DNA of 64,000 bases from Sminthopsis crassicaudata (taxonomy: Eukaryota), in the NCBI RefSeq assembly GCF_048593235.1, contig NC_133622.1, forward strand, positions 233,275,198 to 233,339,197, given 5' to 3'. Each line of letters opens with the position of its first letter. The stretch's first letter is position 1. Shown here one piece after another: positions 1 through 13,066 of the stretch. Position numbers and translations under genes: made by a program. The notes below the pieces were generated by a model. The model did not search any database. It worked only from the letters and a program-made list of their open reading frames with translations, and was not told the origin of the DNA.

Positions 1-134
1 TTGGAGACCCTTGCATTTTGTGCTAGCCAGGGCAGGAAATAAAGACGGACGAAATCCCTTCTAGTGGGACACACCAGACATATCAACAATGGGACAGATC
101 ATTGCCTTGGACCGTGGGGACACGCAGGGGTATC

Positions 135-320
135 AGCCATAGAATCCTGGATTTGGATCTAGAAAGTCACCAGAAAAGCCCTTTAGTCCCCCACTCTTAT
201 TTGACGGCTGAGAAAATGGAAGCTCAGAGAAGGGGGTGACTTCCCAATGTCACCAGCTACTAAAGGGGAAAAGCAGGGTTTCCACTCAGATCCTTTCGCT
301 TCCATTCCAGCGCCCCTTTT
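135..320 (-). mobile_element. Decayed MIR-family SINE fragment
   Basis: Degenerate reverse MIR core (tttgacggctgagaaaatggaagctcagagaagggggtgacttccc); boundaries approximate. Confidence 0.5.
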
Positions 321-1227
321 ACTGCCCCCCACAGGGCCTTTCTAGGGTTCCAGACCAGGACCCCTTGTGACTTTGGACAAATGATTTCTCCTCTCTGGGC
401 TTTAATTTCCTCTATGTGACATGAGTGCTGGATTAGCGGCCTCTTGTGTCCGTTCTAGTTCAAGGTCTAGTTTACCAAAGTGGTTCCTTTCAGCACTCAG
501 TCTCTAATTCTCATTCTGGGAAATGACACAGAATGAATGTTGTGCCTCCTTGTGGTGAGTTGGAAAGATGCAGGAAGCCGACTCAAGAAAAGTTTCCTAG
601 GCGACAGATGGAGAACAGTTCTGTGATTTGTCAGTCAGGGTTCCCCAGGATGATGACCGCGGTTCTCTGCAGAGAAATAAGGGAGAGGAGAAAGGGACGG
701 GCTCAGGTGTGGAGCTGATGTTATTGGTCTCTACAGGACAAAATTTAAGGAAACATAACTACTGGTACCCAGTTTAACAGGAGCGATAAGAGGACACTCT
801 CAGGGTCTCTGAGAAAAACTTTGGAACTGATTGGGAGACATGGGAGACGCTGGGCTAGGACGGCCCCACACGTGGGCCCGCTTCAGATAAGGTGACAGGG
901 GTCTGTGAGACAAGCAGAATTTCAGGAGCTCCTTTGCACTAAAGAGGGGCTGGAGCCTGGATCTGGGTTCTAGGCATTCACTGTTCTCGCCGCTTTCAGA
1001 ACCAGACTCTCCCCTCATCCTTTGTACTCCTGATGTGATACTGAGTCATTGTTCCCCTCATCCTCATCCTCATTATACATCTAAGATCCAGAGAAGCAAA
1101 CTAACTAGCCTGAGATCACACAGCTAATTTATACTCCCAAATCCAGAACACAGTGTTCAGTTCTAGACACCATCTTTTGGGAAAGGATGGCTGACGTGAA
1201 GTCAGAGGACCTTACGGTGGGCTTTTC

Positions 1228-1420
1228 AAAGCACTTTACATTTATCATATCATTTGATCCTTACCAAAGCCTAGGAGGTAGTTGTTATAATTGTCCCCAC
1301 TTTACAGATGAGGAGACTGAGGCTGATGAGAGGTTCAGTGAATTGCCTAGGATTATACACCTAGTAAGTATCTAAGTAAAGATTCAAACACAGTTCATCC
1401 TGCTTCCAAACCCTACTTTC
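1228..1420 (-). mobile_element. MIR SINE
   Basis: Reverse MIR core: ccccactttacagatgaggagactgaggctgatgagaggttcagtgaattgcctagg. Confidence 0.7.
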
Positions 1421-2529
1421 TATCCAGAAAGGCCAGAGCGATTAAGAAGGTAGGAGGGCAGAAGTAACATGGCCTTAGGGCCTCTTTGGCTCCTTAGAGC
1501 TTTGTAAAGCTACAAGCCCGGAACCAAGAAAGGATAGAATGTTGATTTTTCTCCCACTTTTCTGGGAACTAGAGCATGTCATGTTTAAATATCAACACCA
1601 GATGGCACCCATGTCCTGAGACAGGGGACCCTTTCCTGCATCCTTTCTTCCCAGAATACAGCAACGCTGCTGGGACACCCAGATGTAAGTGGGGAGAAGG
1701 ATGGTGTCGTGCTGATGAATAGAAGAACAAGACCACGAATACTAGCAATATGGAGCCAGCTTCCTTCCATCTATCACTCCAGACACAATGGCAACCACCC
1801 CAAACTTCACATTCTGTTGTTTTATATCCACATATGATCCATGCTCTTCTCTCTGTAAGAGGAACGCGGCACATAGTAGGCATTTAATGAATAGTTATTG
1901 GCTGACTGGCCGTCCAAATATTTTCTCAGAAAGAAGTTAGAGAAATTGCGACTGGGAGAGAAACAAATAGAAGTCTGGAGTCCGGGATACAGGAGGAAAC
2001 AGTCTCAGTTTCCTCTCCCCTGATCACATTTAAAGTATTGTGATGGACTTTGAGAAATCCACATTGAGCAATTCAGTGCTTGTCCGCAAGGAGCTTACAT
2101 CCCAATGAGGAAGAGAGAACATATGGAGGAACTGGAAAGTGGGAAGTGAAGCACCTCATCGTCAGAGCTGGAAGGAACTCTAGAACATAGAATATCAAAG
2201 CTAGAAAGGACCTTAGGACATAGAACAGCTGGAGTCGGAGGGGGGTCTCATTCATCATCATCATCTAGTCAAAGGTTCTTAACATTATTCGGAGAGGTCA
2301 CCTCTTCCTAGGGGTCTCTAGGCTTTGCCAGACTTCCAGAAAGGAGCCTATACCACAGAAAAGGTTAAGAGCCTTGTTTAAAAAATGGAGACAGGGGCCC
2401 CAGGAGAGTTGCACAGAAGAAGCGAGGATGGAATTGTTCCTTTGAAAGATTGTAATTTCATTGAATTGTGAATCTCAGAGCTGGGAAGGAGTTCTTCTGA
2501 TTCAGACTCCTGCCTGCAGGTAGGTTTTG

Positions 2530-2750
2530 GTTGTTGTTCAGTGATTTCAGTCATATTCAATTCTTCATGACCCATTTGGTGTTTTCCTGGCAAGGACACT
2601 GGAATAGTTTGCCATTTCCTTCTCCAGCTCATTTTACAGATCAGGAAACTGAGGCTAAGAGGGTCACACAGCTAAAAAGTGTCTGAAGTCACTTCCTTCC
2701 TGATGAGACCTCAGGGAAATGAGACTTCCTGACTTCCAGCCTGGAGATCT
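2530..2750 (-). mobile_element. Mar1-type marsupial CORE-SINE
   Basis: ttgttcagtgatttcagtc...tttgccatttccttctccagctcattttacagatcaggaaactgaggc matches the reverse of the RTE-like tail plus CORE of Mar1 as recalled. Confidence 0.7.
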
Positions 2751-3344
2751 ATGTAAGTTATCATTACCTCTGTTCTCCAGATGAACCCACTGAGGCACAA
2801 AAAAGTACCCTGATTGTTTTCAAGTTCACCCAGACAGTAACTTTTTGGACCTTAAGAATGGGTGGGCTTGGCAAATGCCTTGTGGAAAAGGAAAAGGCTT
2901 AGCATAGGGAGAGATAGGGAGGTGGTACTGGAAGCTTGTCTTTCCCCACAAAAAGATGGTCCTGGGTCTTTAAGGGAGTAAAACAACCCAAGACAGAACT
3001 GAGTTGGTGTGCAATCCATCCCCACCCACCCCTGCCCATCCTTTCTTCCTCTCCTCCTCCCTCCTTCCCCAGAGAAATGGGTTTGCACTGCAGTCCGCCC
3101 CTTCTTCAGAAGTCTCAAAGAGCTTAGGGCAGTTCCCAAGCCACAGAGAAAAGCTCCATCTGCCTCCCTCAGTGTGGCTGGACCCCATGGATGTCACTTC
3201 CCAGCTGGCCCCACCGTGCCTGCAAACCAGCCCAGCTGGGAGCTTCTCAGGGGATAAAGACCTCCCATAAATCCCATGAAGGGAAGTGGCTCTCCCCCTT
3301 CAGACAAGACTTCTTTAACTGGGAATATGGTGGGATGACAGGAT

Positions 3345-3520
3345 CATCGAATTTAGAATTGGGACGAGCCATCAGAGAGGGTCTGTCTAACTCTCTCATT
3401 TTATGGGAAAGGAAGCCATAGCCCAGAGAAGGGGACTGATTTGCCCAAAGTCACACCCAAGATTCCCGTTCAGTCTGACCCCAAATCTACCCACTATGCC
3501 AGGTTTCCTCCCTTCCTGGT
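3345..3520 (-). mobile_element. Decayed MIR/MIR3 fragment
   Basis: ctctctcattttatgggaaaggaagccatagcccagagaaggggactgatttgcccaaagtcacac, a degenerate CORE-SINE. Confidence 0.5.
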
Positions 3521-4399
3521 TCAATCTGTCCTACTCAAAGGTGCCGGATTATCTTCCCTGCAGCACCCCCTTCCAAAAAGTCTTCAATGTCTCCCCATTG
3601 CCAGCAGGATCAACCCTAATCTACTTGGCCTGGCACTCAAGGTTCTCTGCCCTCTTTCCCCAAATTCTCCTGTTCTTATCTCCCTCTGCTCCAGTCTCCA
3701 GTTCCCTGAAATATCTTCCATTGGGGGGAGGGGGGAGGGAGGCTCCATCCTTTTTCTTACACCATTTTCTCTCTCTGACCGACTCATTCATTCATTCATT
3801 CTACTTTGTTAAAAAAAAATTGTTCTTATTTATTTAAAATTTAAATACAAAATAGAAAAAAAATTGCCCTGTGTACAGCAGAATATAAGAAAGGATTCAA
3901 AATATAAACCAGTAAATTTACTTTGCAAGAACTTTTATATAATAAATACTCCACATTGTGTTCTGAGCTGTCCATCTTTTTTTTTTTTTTTTTTTTTTTT
4001 TGCTTCCCTGTAGATTTCCTTTTGTTCTTTGCTGAAGACTTTTAACTTTATTCTTTTTCTTCCTTCCCCCTTTCCTCCTCCAAGAAGGTTCCAATTATTC
4101 TTGGACCTATATTTTATATACAAAAGTATGTGTTTGTATAACCACATACATATATACCTACAACTTGTATAGATACATACACTTATGTCCATAGATATCT
4201 ACAATCATATACATATATGCACATTTATATTCATACATTTCTATGTAAAACCACACTATACTTTGTCCTGTTTGTCTGAAGGTGGATAACATTATTCTTC
4301 ACAAGTCTAAGTCTCACCATGTTTTTCTAAATCCACAACTCATTATATCCTACACCACAGCAATATTCCAATCTTCTTCTGTCTGGTTATTTTAAATAG

Positions 4400-4887
4400 T
4401 CTAAAGCAGTATTGATTAATGTGGCTGACACATGGCGTGGTTTTCCTATTTTTCTCTTTTGTTTAAATCTGTTTTAGTTTTAGCTTTGTCTGAAATCCTA
4501 ATTGCTATCCCCTGCTTTGTTTCGCTGACAAATTCTACTCCTGATCTTTATTATTGTGTTAATGTATATCTCTTGTTTCCTATCCCTCCTCACTCCTTTG
4601 CTTTCCTTCTACCCCATACCTTACCCTCCTATAATGTAACCTCTCCCCTTCAATGATCCCTCCCTTTTCCTCTCCCCCACCCTTATCCCATTTCCATTAA
4701 TCTACATACTCTTCTCTACCCCTTCCCTCATCCTATTCCCTAACCCTCTTATTTCTTTATTAATTTGGAAAACTTTTATTCCCTTCCCAATATGTTATTC
4801 TCTTTACCCCTGATTGGATATGAGTCAGGTTCCCTCTAAAAATTCCTTCCTTATGCTTCTGAACTTAGAAGACTTTTATACTCCTCT

Positions 4888-4949
<62 letters not shown>

Positions 4950-6735
4950 TGTTCCCTCATTTACTTATTCCCCATAAGAGTTAAGTTCCAGAACTACCAG
5001 CCCTCCTCCACCATCTAATTCCTGTTTCCTACAGTGTTTTGCTTTTAGAGTTACATAACACTCAGCTCTATTCCAATCTTTCTTTCAAACTACCCAGTTT
5101 TAAGTGACAATCTTAAACATATATTTCCAAGTATAACATATAAAATGTTTGTCCTTAATGTGTTCATCATAATTAGCCTTTGATGTATACTTTATATTTC
5201 TCTTGGATCTTATATGTCAAATTTTCTATTAAGTTCAAGTCTTTTTTTGCAACAAAATCCCAAAAGTCTAGAAATTCTTTGCACATTCACCTTTTTTTCC
5301 TTCAGGATGATGTTTAACTTTGCTGAGTATATTTTCAACCACAACCACAATTCTTTTTTTTTTTTTTTTAATTTACTATTTCAAGGCCTATAATCTTTTA
5401 ATGTAGCTCTTGCTAGGTTTTATGTAAGACTAGCCATAGGTCTCTGCAATATTTGCATTGTTTTTTTTTAATTTACTTTTTTTGTAGCTCATAATGTTTC
5501 CTCCTTGACCTGAGAGTTTCAGAATTTGGCCATGATGCTCCTGTAGAGTTTTCCTCACAGGAACATTTTCATGTGGTTATTGGTGGATTTTTCTATTTCT
5601 ACCTTCCCTTCTTGTTTTAACATTTCAGGGCAACTTTCTTTAAGTATTTCCTGTATACACATTATACACAATTATTCAAGATTCTTTAAAAATAATAATT
5701 TTACTGTAGATTTCAGGTAGTACAATTATTCTTATATTTTCTCTTCTTGAACTGTTTTCTAGATCTGTTGTTTTTCTTATGAGATGTCTCACATTCTGTT
5801 CTATTTTTTTCATTCTTTATATTTTGTTTTATTATTTCCTGATCTGTTATAACTTCTCTGGCTTCCTTTTGACCAATTCTAGTTTTGAAGGAGTCATTTT
5901 CTTCCTTAAAATTCTGAATCTTTTTTCTATTAGTTAATTTTCTTTTCATAATATTCTTGTTTTTCTTGGATTTAAAAAAGTTTTCCTCAATCTCTTTCAT
6001 TTAATTTTTCAAGTTTCTTTTGAGTTCTCTGAATTCTTTTTGGACAGGTGACCATTCCACATTACTTTTTGGCATTTGGAAGGGCTTTTTTTTTTTTAAT
6101 TTCAGAATTTTCCTCTGAAGATGCATCCTGGTATTCTCCATCCCAGTAACGTTCTATGATTAGGTTCTTTCTCTTTTGCTTGTTAATTAAAAAAAACCTT
6201 TATTTATAGGAGCTTGTGAGGGTGATCACCTCCATTCCTGTGGTTGGGGGTGCTGTCTGAAGGTCCTTCTTTGTTCTCTCCTCTAGTTTGGAACCCCAAA
6301 TCAAGAACCCCACCCTCAGATAAGTCCCCATAGCCAGCAGTTCCCTGCTCCAGCACTCACCATGCCTACACTGATTCCTCCTTGCCCAGGGCAGTCTCTC
6401 AGCAGCACAGCTGAGCCTGGTGTGGCTTATCAGTGATGGTTCCCTCAATCTTCACAGAGACCCCCAACTCCTCACACTTTGGGGGAGGTGAAAGCTCATG
6501 TGGTTGGGACTGAGGTTAGCTCTGTAGCCTGGGGGAGCTAGGCTGGACTTCTAGTCTTAGCCCCTGCATCCTTCTTGCAAAACTCCTGTATCCCAGGAAG
6601 ACCAGGTGCTGCCCTATTGCTTATTGGTTTTTTACCCATTTACCTTGAAGCGATATTTTGTCTTATTTGTAGGGGAAATATGGAGAACTTGGGGTTTTCT
6701 GTCCTACTTCAGCATCTTCCCAGAATCTTTTCTCC
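4400..6735 (-). mobile_element. Old, degenerate LINE-1 (5' UTR, ORF1 remnant, start of ORF2 endonuclease)
   Basis: Minus-strand ORF 5713..6000 (KEENDSFKTRIGQKEAREVITDQEIIKQNIKNEK) resembles marsupial L1 ORF1p coiled coil. The reverse strand near 4490-4515 reads QGIAIRISDKAK, like the L1 EN motif GVAILISDK. An L1-like 5' end (gattctgggaagatg on -) lies near 6730. Boundaries approximate. Confidence 0.65.
4890..4948. repeat. (CA)n microsatellite
   Basis: Perfect CA run of ~59 bp. Confidence 0.95.
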
Positions 6736-7813
6736 CTAAATATCTTAATGAAGGTTTCCCTGATCTTTCTAACCTAGGTATTACATCTCCTTACTCAGGA
6801 AGGTCGTGGAAATCTATACATCTCTGACAGAGTTGATCTCCAATTTGGGCTGTGAATGAGTGCCATTGGCTTGTGCCCCCAGGAAAGGGCTAGCTTATTT
6901 TTCTCTGCTCCTGGTGCCTAATATGCTCAGGGGCTGCTCCATATATGTTGAGTGAATGAAAGAATTGAATGATTGAATGGGATGTAATGGAAGCAGCCTT
7001 AGGGGCTCCCCCCACCAGCAGTTCTCGCTCTTCATCCCAGGTCCCACCTTCTAAAGCCAAATGCTCCAATTTACCCCTGGGCTGGCAGTCCCATCGTTGC
7101 CAGCCTGTGCCAATCTGAAATGCCCTTGCCCTCCTGATGCTGTCCCACAGTGCCTCAAGAAGCAGAAGCTGGTGATTGTAGCCCCTGCTGCTTGCAGACA
7201 CCGTCTCGGATGGGCCCCAGCCTTTCGTTGTGCTGTTATAAACACAGATCTGGATTTTTATTTATCATCCACTAAGTGCTGACAACATAACGGAAAGTGC
7301 GGAGAACTTGGGCAGGCCCCAGGCTCACTACGGAAATATGTGAACCGTCCAACGGGTGAGACCGTTACATCTCACACTCTTGTTAAGGCTCCACAAACAA
7401 TGTGTTTGACCTTGAACGAATTTCACTTCTCCTCCCTGGGCCTCAGCTGCCTCCTCTGTTCCATAACGGGGCTGAATTACCCAAACACAAAGATCCTCTG
7501 ATAGTGGGACCCCAAAAACACCATCTGGGCAGTGAGAGAACTCAGCCCAAGTAGTCCAGCTGCTCATCCCAGGCCGGAGGTCACTCAAACAGGAAGCACT
7601 CAGTGTTGGATGCCCCAGCAATTTATTCTTTCTGTTAAATATGACCGTGGCTGCAGCTCCAAGCTACAGATACTCTGAGCTCCTCAATATTTAGCTCTCT
7701 TAAAGGAAACCTGACAGGTTTGCTAGGTCCCAAACTCCAGTGGGAATTTAAAATTTTCTCTCTGTCTCTTTCTCTCTCTGTATGTGTCTATCTCTCTGTC
7801 TTCCCTCTCTATT

Positions 7814-8139
7814 NNNNNNNNNNNNNNNNNNNNNNNNNNNNNNNNNNNNNNNNNNNNNNNNNNNNNNNNNNNNNNNNNNNNNNNNNNNNNNNNNNNNNNN
7901 NNNNNNNNNNNNNNNNNNNNNNNNNNNNNNNNNNNNNNNNNNNNNNNNNNNNNNNNNNNNNNNNNNNNNNNNNNNNNNNNNNNNNNNNNNNNNNNNNNNN
8001 NNNNNNNNNNNNNNNNNNNNNNNNNNNNNNNNNNNNNNNNNNNNNNNNNNNNNNNNNNNNNNNNNNNNNNNNNNNNNNNNNNNNNNNNNNNNNNNNNNNN
8101 NNNNNNNNNNNNNNNNNNNNNNNNNNNNNNNNNNNNNNN
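7814..8139. other. N-run (326 nt) within a CT/GA low-complexity tract
   Basis: Run of n flanked by CT-rich microsatellite; either an assembly gap or masking. Confidence 0.95.
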
Positions 8140-9397
8140 CACTCATATCTCTATCTCTCTTGATTTTTCTCTTTTTGTCTCTGCCTGTCCATCTCTCTTT
8201 CTCTGTCTTTTTGTCTTTGTACATTTTTGTCCAGATCTGTCTCTCAAGTTTTGTTATCTCTGTCTCACTATATCTCTCTGTCTCTCTCTGTCTCTCTGTT
8301 CCCTGCCTCACCTCCACCCCCAACCATGGAGCCTGGCAGATCCTCAGACATCTGTAGGTTCAAGAGGGCAGCATTCAAGCTACCAATTTGGTAGCAACAT
8401 CCTGCATGACAGGGATGCTAGAGAGGACCTGTATCAGAAGGAAGACTACTTAGCTTGCCTAGGAAGTCTGGGGCGGACTCACCCAGCTGGCAGCAAGGAG
8501 TGGAGAGCTGCTGCAAGGGCTGGGAGTACAGGAACTTTCCCTGACTTGTCCACCAAAAGCAGGATAACAGGGAAATGGTTTTCCTCCTTTTCTCACGAGG
8601 CTTTATTAGGGGGACACTACACTTCCCTGCAAAAAGCAGAAACGAGACATGCATTTATGGACATTGCCAATGTGGACATTTGTTTGGCTAGACTACGTGT
8701 ATTTGTCTGCAGGACTTTACTTTTATTTTATTGTTGTTCAGGTGAGGGGATAGGATACGGGAGAAAAAGTAATTTCTTTTAAAAATAAGTTAATTTTTTA
8801 AGCATTGCTCTTTGATCCCAAGAATAAAAGATAAAGTATGAAGGAATATGAACACACGGATTTTTTTTTAAGAATGGTTGAATTCAGTCACAGAAGACTT
8901 TGAATGCTATATTTGCATCTTGTTTTCTAATGTAATATATGTATGTGTACACATACATGTATATTTACATATATGAGCATAAGCAGTTATATGTGCATAT
9001 ATGCATACGTGTACATGTAAACAGCACATTTGTTATGTTAGCAAATATAGACATGTATATGTTATAATTGCACATATGTGCATATATGTATTTGTGCATA
9101 TGTGTGCATATATACACACATTTATGCACACATGCACATTTATATGACTAGATAATTATAATCTATTGAAATGAAGGGAAATTGGGAAAAATATTAATGG
9201 AATACATTGGAATAATTCATGACCAGAAAGGTATGGATTAATGTTGGGAATGGACTCATAGCTGTGAATTTAATAGAATTCAGACTGAAAAACTGAGAAG
9301 AAAAATTCAAGTTGAATCCATGTATACAGAGACCTAACTGGGAAAGACCCTAAATATTTTCTAGGACCAGAAGGGAGCTTGGGCACCCTGAGCTCAA

Positions 9398-9414
9398 GGC
9401 ACCATCTGGTGGCT
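9398..9414 (-). promoter_or_regulatory. CTCF-like motif (left arm)
   Basis: Reverse strand AGCCACCAGATGGTGCC closely matches the CTCF core; mirrored at 56807..56824. Motif match only. Confidence 0.45.
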
Positions 9415-10195
9415 AAATCGGAGATTACACTTAAACTACCCATTGCAATCTCCATCCATCTAAGAGAATAGTGTTGTCCTCCAGTAATTACAAGTGATTC
9501 TTTTTTGTAAAAAAAGTAACTGGTTTCAAAACTTTATTTTCTATTTTCATAATCCAAATGCAACTTAAAATTCAGACAAAGACCACCAGTATGAGCTCAT
9601 AATTTCTATACCTCAGGTCTGTATTGCAATCCTGGATAGCATTTTCAAAAGAACATTGGGTTTTTCAAGGAAGCACTGTGAAAAACACACACTCGTCCCC
9701 TGCTTAACTTCTAAATTAGTCCTTTTTTGGTATGATAAATTTTCCAATTTTTGGTAATAACCTGTGTTACATCCATTTTTTCCTTGAAGATCATTTCAAT
9801 AATTAAAAAATTATAAAAAAATTTAAAGTCAAAACTTAAATAATTATAATGATAATACTAATTTTAATAATATGAAATCAAAATAATGTTATAATAAAAA
9901 ATAAAAGTAGAAATAAAAATAATAAAAATTTAAGTAAAATAATTAAAATTAATAAAAATAAAAAATAATAAAAATTTAAAAATAAAATTTTTTTAAAGTT
10001 TTGAAAAATAAATATTTATACTCTTTTAGTCTATGTTCTCAATTTTCAAATTTTAACACTGAAGAAATGTTATCTTTCTCCAAGAAATCTGGCCCAATTA
10101 CAAGAGGGCACTGTGTGAATCACTGTCCCCTATACTCTATACCCCCGAAAATTGACATTTAATAGGGAAGACTATATGTAAATAAGTACAGAAAA

Positions 10196-10235
<40 letters not shown>

Positions 10236-10252
10236 CAGATAGAAAAAAAATC

Positions 10253-10816
10253 TGTAAGGGCCCTTTAAATGGGCGGACACAGTGCATCGGGAGATTGAGG
10301 CCCAGAAGTATTAGGACTGCCCTTGGGCGGGATCCTGGCCATATTGAGATAGTTTCGTAATGGGTGACTCTCTCGCTGATTGGCTGTGTGTGTGACCTCA
10401 CAGGCCCTATGTAAGCCCACTGCAGGCAGCAACCGCCCTCTTTAACCTCCTGCTGTTCACCCTGGCTCACCAGCCTGGGTGGCCAAGCCAAGATGGGTAG
10501 CCGAAAGAGGTAAGGGTTTTGGTAGTGAACACATGGGTCTTCTGACCAGGTGTTCACTAGGGAACCAACAAGTCAGGGCATCAGTTAAGGCATTATGTGA
10601 GTAGGTATAATAAAGGCTTTTAAGATTACACGTGGTTGTTCTTGAGTGCGCTACCGGTTATTAAGCTATAGATTCAAGAGATTGTGGCCAGAGACCTTAG
10701 AAGGCCTCAGAGGAGGCGAGCCGGGTAGAGCTCACACTGCAAAGGACAGTGGTCAAAGGTACTCTGGTGGGTCTAGGACAGACTAGTAATTGTAACTGCC
10801 AGGAGAGCACGTTACA
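10253..10816 (+). mobile_element. Solo retroviral LTR (564 bp)
   Basis: TGTAA...TTACA inverted termini and 6-bp TSD AAAATC (10247-10252/10817-10822). GC boxes at 10271 and 10325, reverse CCAAT at 10379, TATA-like TATGTAA at 10408, AATAAA at 10609. Confidence 0.9.
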
Positions 10817-11377
10817 AAAATCTATCATTATTTATATTGCCAAAGGACAAGGGGAAGTAAGCAGAAAAAAGATTTACAATTAACTATTTTAAAATATGAA
10901 AGTGAAAATCTACACTTAAAAGTAAGAAAAGGAAGAAAAACATATAAAGAATAGAGAAAGTGCTCAGACATCACTTTAAATTCTCAGTTAATCAGTAATA
11001 AGTTATTAAATATTTACCTTGAATGATAGGCTTTTGGATCTAGGTCTACTATTCCTGCCATCCCAAGGAAAACAATATTCATGCTTCTTTTGTATATGCT
11101 CAGGATATCCAGGGAAGACTCAGTGATGGTCCATAGATCCCCTAATATCCTTCATCCCAGAGAGGTCAACAGCTGCTTGACTCACTCTCCTGGGTCCTGA
11201 GACTTCATTCAAGGGTGTAGAAGCCTTGATCTTTTCAATCATCCCCCAATGTTACTCATGATTCCAAGCAAGATAGTGCTATGTGAAGCACAGGGGATAG
11301 CAAGAAAGATGAAAACAACTCTTTGTTCCCCTGAAAAATCCCATTTAATAAGTAAGACCATATGTATATAAGTACAC

Positions 11378-11412
<35 letters not shown>

Positions 11413-11881
11413 CAGGGTATATGCAAAAATCTCTATGCAAATTCTTGCCTTCCCAATGGCAAGAGGGGAAGTAGGCAGAGAGAAAATGTAGAAGTCAAGA
11501 TTTTAAAACATGAAAGTTAAAATGTTCCTGTCTAACTAAGAAAAGATCAAAAAACCTATTAATGGTTCTCTAATTTCACTAGGATTGATTTCATCTTACA
11601 ACAAAGAATGGCTTCCTCTTGATATCATGATGAGTTTTTCCTCAGTGTAGAGCCTCCTGGTGGCTGACCTGGCCTCCTGCTCCCCCCATCCCCCACTGAG
11701 ACCCAGGCCAGTCTGAAAGGCTCTCAGCAAAGCTAAGTGGGCCCCAGGCAAGGAAACTAGACTTGGAAGGAAATCAAAAAGGATTTGCACTTGAACTTCT
11801 GGCTATTCTTGTGGTGATTCCCCAACTGAAAGGAAGGTGGCTCCAAGACCTCCAGAAAACCATCCAAGAACTTGAGAGTTT

Positions 11882-11899
11882 GGGCGCCCAAAGTGGGGC
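11882..11899 (+). promoter_or_regulatory. Retroviral primer-binding site, tRNA-Lys(CUU) type
   Basis: GGGCGCCCAAAGTGGGGC matches 16/18 of TGGCGCCCAACGTGGGGC. Repeated at 16256, 20602, 24962, 29318, 33342, 37706, 42060, 46416, 50780 and 55126. Confidence 0.85.
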
Positions 11900-11931
11900 T
11901 AAGCACCTACATGTGTGACCCAGAAATTAAG

Positions 11932-13066
11932 GTGAGTACACAAACAGGCAAGAAGGAAACTCGGACAAGGGCTAACGTTGTATTTCAGCTGAAATGGGAC
12001 AAGGGTTTAGAAAGGAGCCTTTTCCACCTCAAGGAAAAGGTCTAGAAAGCATGGTGACACTGAAAAATGTTCAAGGTTTTCTGGTAATGGGGTCCAGGTC
12101 AGTGAAGTCTTTGAAATATTAAAAGACACATCTCCTTGGTTCTCTAAGCACAAAGAATTCCATCCAGACCAAGGGAAAGGAGTAGGAGAGCAACTAAGTG
12201 AATATTACAATGAGAATGGTGCTCATTCAATTCCTAAAGAAGCATTTTATACCTACACCTGAATCCAATTGGTCTGAGGAAATGATGTCTGCTCAAGAAG
12301 AAGGAAAAAGAAGAAAGAGCAGGAGGGGAAGGATACTGACAAACTAGGTGAAGAGCCTGAAGAATCAGGTAAGAATGGAGTGAAGTACAATTCTGATGAA
12401 ATTAAGGAGAGTGGTGCTTCCCAGCAGGAGACATTAGGACATTCCCCAACCCCTGACCTACCCCCCACCCCCAGGAACCTATTATGGGTGGAGGGAGAAG
12501 GAGGAGGAGGAGGGGCAGGGACAGAATCAGCATCTCCTGTGAAGCAGTCTGTGACAAGATGGCAAAAGGCAAAAAGGGGGACAGGATATATCTGCTGGAA
12601 TAGAAGAATACCCTGTGAGTGAAGACTTTGATCCTTCAGATCAAGCAGGAGAAGATACACTCCTTTGGATGTGGGGAAAAAAAATCAAGGATTTGAAAAA
12701 GGGCTGTACTCTTTATGGGGCTTCTCATCTTAGGCGAAAATGGTGTTAGAGAATTTGGCTTTTGAAATGGTAACCCCTGGTGATGGCAAATGTATAGCAA
12801 GGGCATGTTGAGAACCTGGAAACAACTTGTTGTGGCTTTTGGGCTATAGTGCACTTTGTAGGATACAAGCCAGGGAGGTCTGACCTGACCAAAGAAAGCA
12901 GGAGATGTTATGGGGCAGAAGTGAAATTGAACCAGGGAAGTGAATGATGGTGTCCTTGCCAGGTACTTAGTACATAATAGAGATTCCCCCCTAAGGCTAC
13001 TGATGGGATTAGCATAGAGTATATCAACTGGGACAATCACAGCCAGACATTCATTCTCTCTCTCAG
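11932..13066 (+). other. Predicted 5'-UTR intron of the ENY2-like gene (removes gag remnant)
   Basis: Consensus donor AAG|GTGAGT just after the PBS; acceptor ttctctctctcAG at 13066 (alternative AG at 13074), ~70 nt upstream of the ATG. Prediction only. Confidence 0.6.

Larger units (their letters stand above)
5790..9900 (+). repeat. Left arm of large inverted repeat (palindrome)
   Basis: Reverse complement of ~56300..64000. ORF translations 7061..7282(+)/59431..59652(-) and 6890..7201(-)/59512..59823(+) are identical, and the window end (64000) maps to 5790. The arm may extend further outward. Confidence 0.95.
11646..13066 (+). mobile_element. Degenerate betaretrovirus-like (ERVK-class) provirus 5' remnant, unit 1: putative LTR, PBS, splice donor, gag MA/CA pseudogene
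   Basis: PBS at 11882 and AAG|GTGAGT at 11931/2. Gag start MGQGFRKEP at 11994. MA-like TSPWF...GKGVGEQLSEYY...SIPKEAF (compare MMTV SPWF...WKRVG...SIPKQAY). CA-like KIKDLKKGCTLYG and VLENLAFEMVTPGDGKCIARAC*EPGNNLLWL...LCRIQA. Multiple stops and frameshifts. The LTR 5' boundary (TGTAG at 11646) is tentative. Confidence 0.85.

Noticed and set aside
8358-8400. Short palindrome gctacca-att-tggtagc with an RFX-like half site
   Set aside because: Not preserved exactly in the right arm and expected by chance at this length.
7720-8782. Long ORFs spanning N-runs (also 57976-59113) and CVCV ORFs over (CA)n
   Set aside because: Artefacts of unknown bases and microsatellites.
12253-13040. Minus-strand ORFs of 86-135 aa repeated in each unit
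   Set aside because: Antisense to the decayed gag; their recurrence reflects duplication, not constraint.
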